From positions 2,809-66,808 of IMG/VR virus record IMGVR_UViG_2974753753_000001: a stretch of DNA of 64,000 nucleotides; one strand, given 5' to 3'. The translations under genes were made by a program, and so were the position numbers. Under the pieces are notes generated by a model, which had not been told where the DNA came from, ran no database searches, and was given only the letters and a program-made list of their open reading frames with translations. Below, piece by piece: positions 63,991-64,000 of the stretch (its first letter is position 1; each line of letters opens with the position of its first letter). The stretch is from a virus (lineage: Duplodnaviria > Caudoviricetes).

Positions 63991-64000
63991 CGCCGCGTAC
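63991..64000 (+). other. Probable right genome end / 3' cos overhang
   Basis: Window ends CGCCGCGTAC after a G/C-run tract; matches my recollection of the cluster CR overhang (unverified); the HNH-terminase pairing fits cos packaging. Confidence 0.55.

Noticed and set aside
1-64000. Integrase, immunity repressor, tRNA or rRNA genes
   Set aside because: No recombinase motifs or tRNA cloverleaf/T-loop signatures recognised by eye; tRNAscan-SE or Aragorn would be needed to exclude tRNAs, and the left genome end is outside the window

Overview
This window is almost an entire high-GC actinobacteriophage (siphovirus) genome. It lacks only the left end: it starts inside a gene and no terminase small subunit is visible. 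Gene content and order match my recollection of the lytic Gordonia cluster CR phages (GTE5/GRU1-like), and the window ends in CGCCGCGTAC, which I recall as their 3' cos overhang; neither point was checked by search. Layout: (1) 1-10.5 kb, rightward small genes, an orphan HicA-like toxin, LysB, a beta-helix tailspike-like gene and an HNH; (2) 10.5-38.2 kb, virion assembly and lysis genes; (3) 38.2-56.8 kb, leftward replication and regulation genes (primase-helicase, two WhiB, a double-HTH regulator, RuvC-like, DnaE, SSB, AAA ATPase, Cas4-like nuclease, SNF2 helicase); (4) 57.3-63.1 kb, rightward small genes behind near-consensus promoters; (5) an AT-rich island and the probable right end. No integrase, tRNA or CRISPR array was seen. 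The best candidate for a new system is at 49.06-50.74 kb. An HNH homing-endonuclease-like gene has taken over the original start of the Cas4-like gene. The recoded replacement start is interrupted by a 7-nt out-of-frame insert, CCG-AGAT-CCG, which has matched take-off and landing codons and a rare AGA codon. This is a candidate miniature translational-bypass cassette analogous to T4 mobA/gene 60. Other notable signals are a four-fold tandem LexA/SOS-box array, a genome-wide TTGACGTCAA operator, a frame-independent 10-bp repeat cluster inside a gene, a helix motif shared by both lysin A halves with an internal start, and a 316-bp frameshifting duplication in a tail gene.
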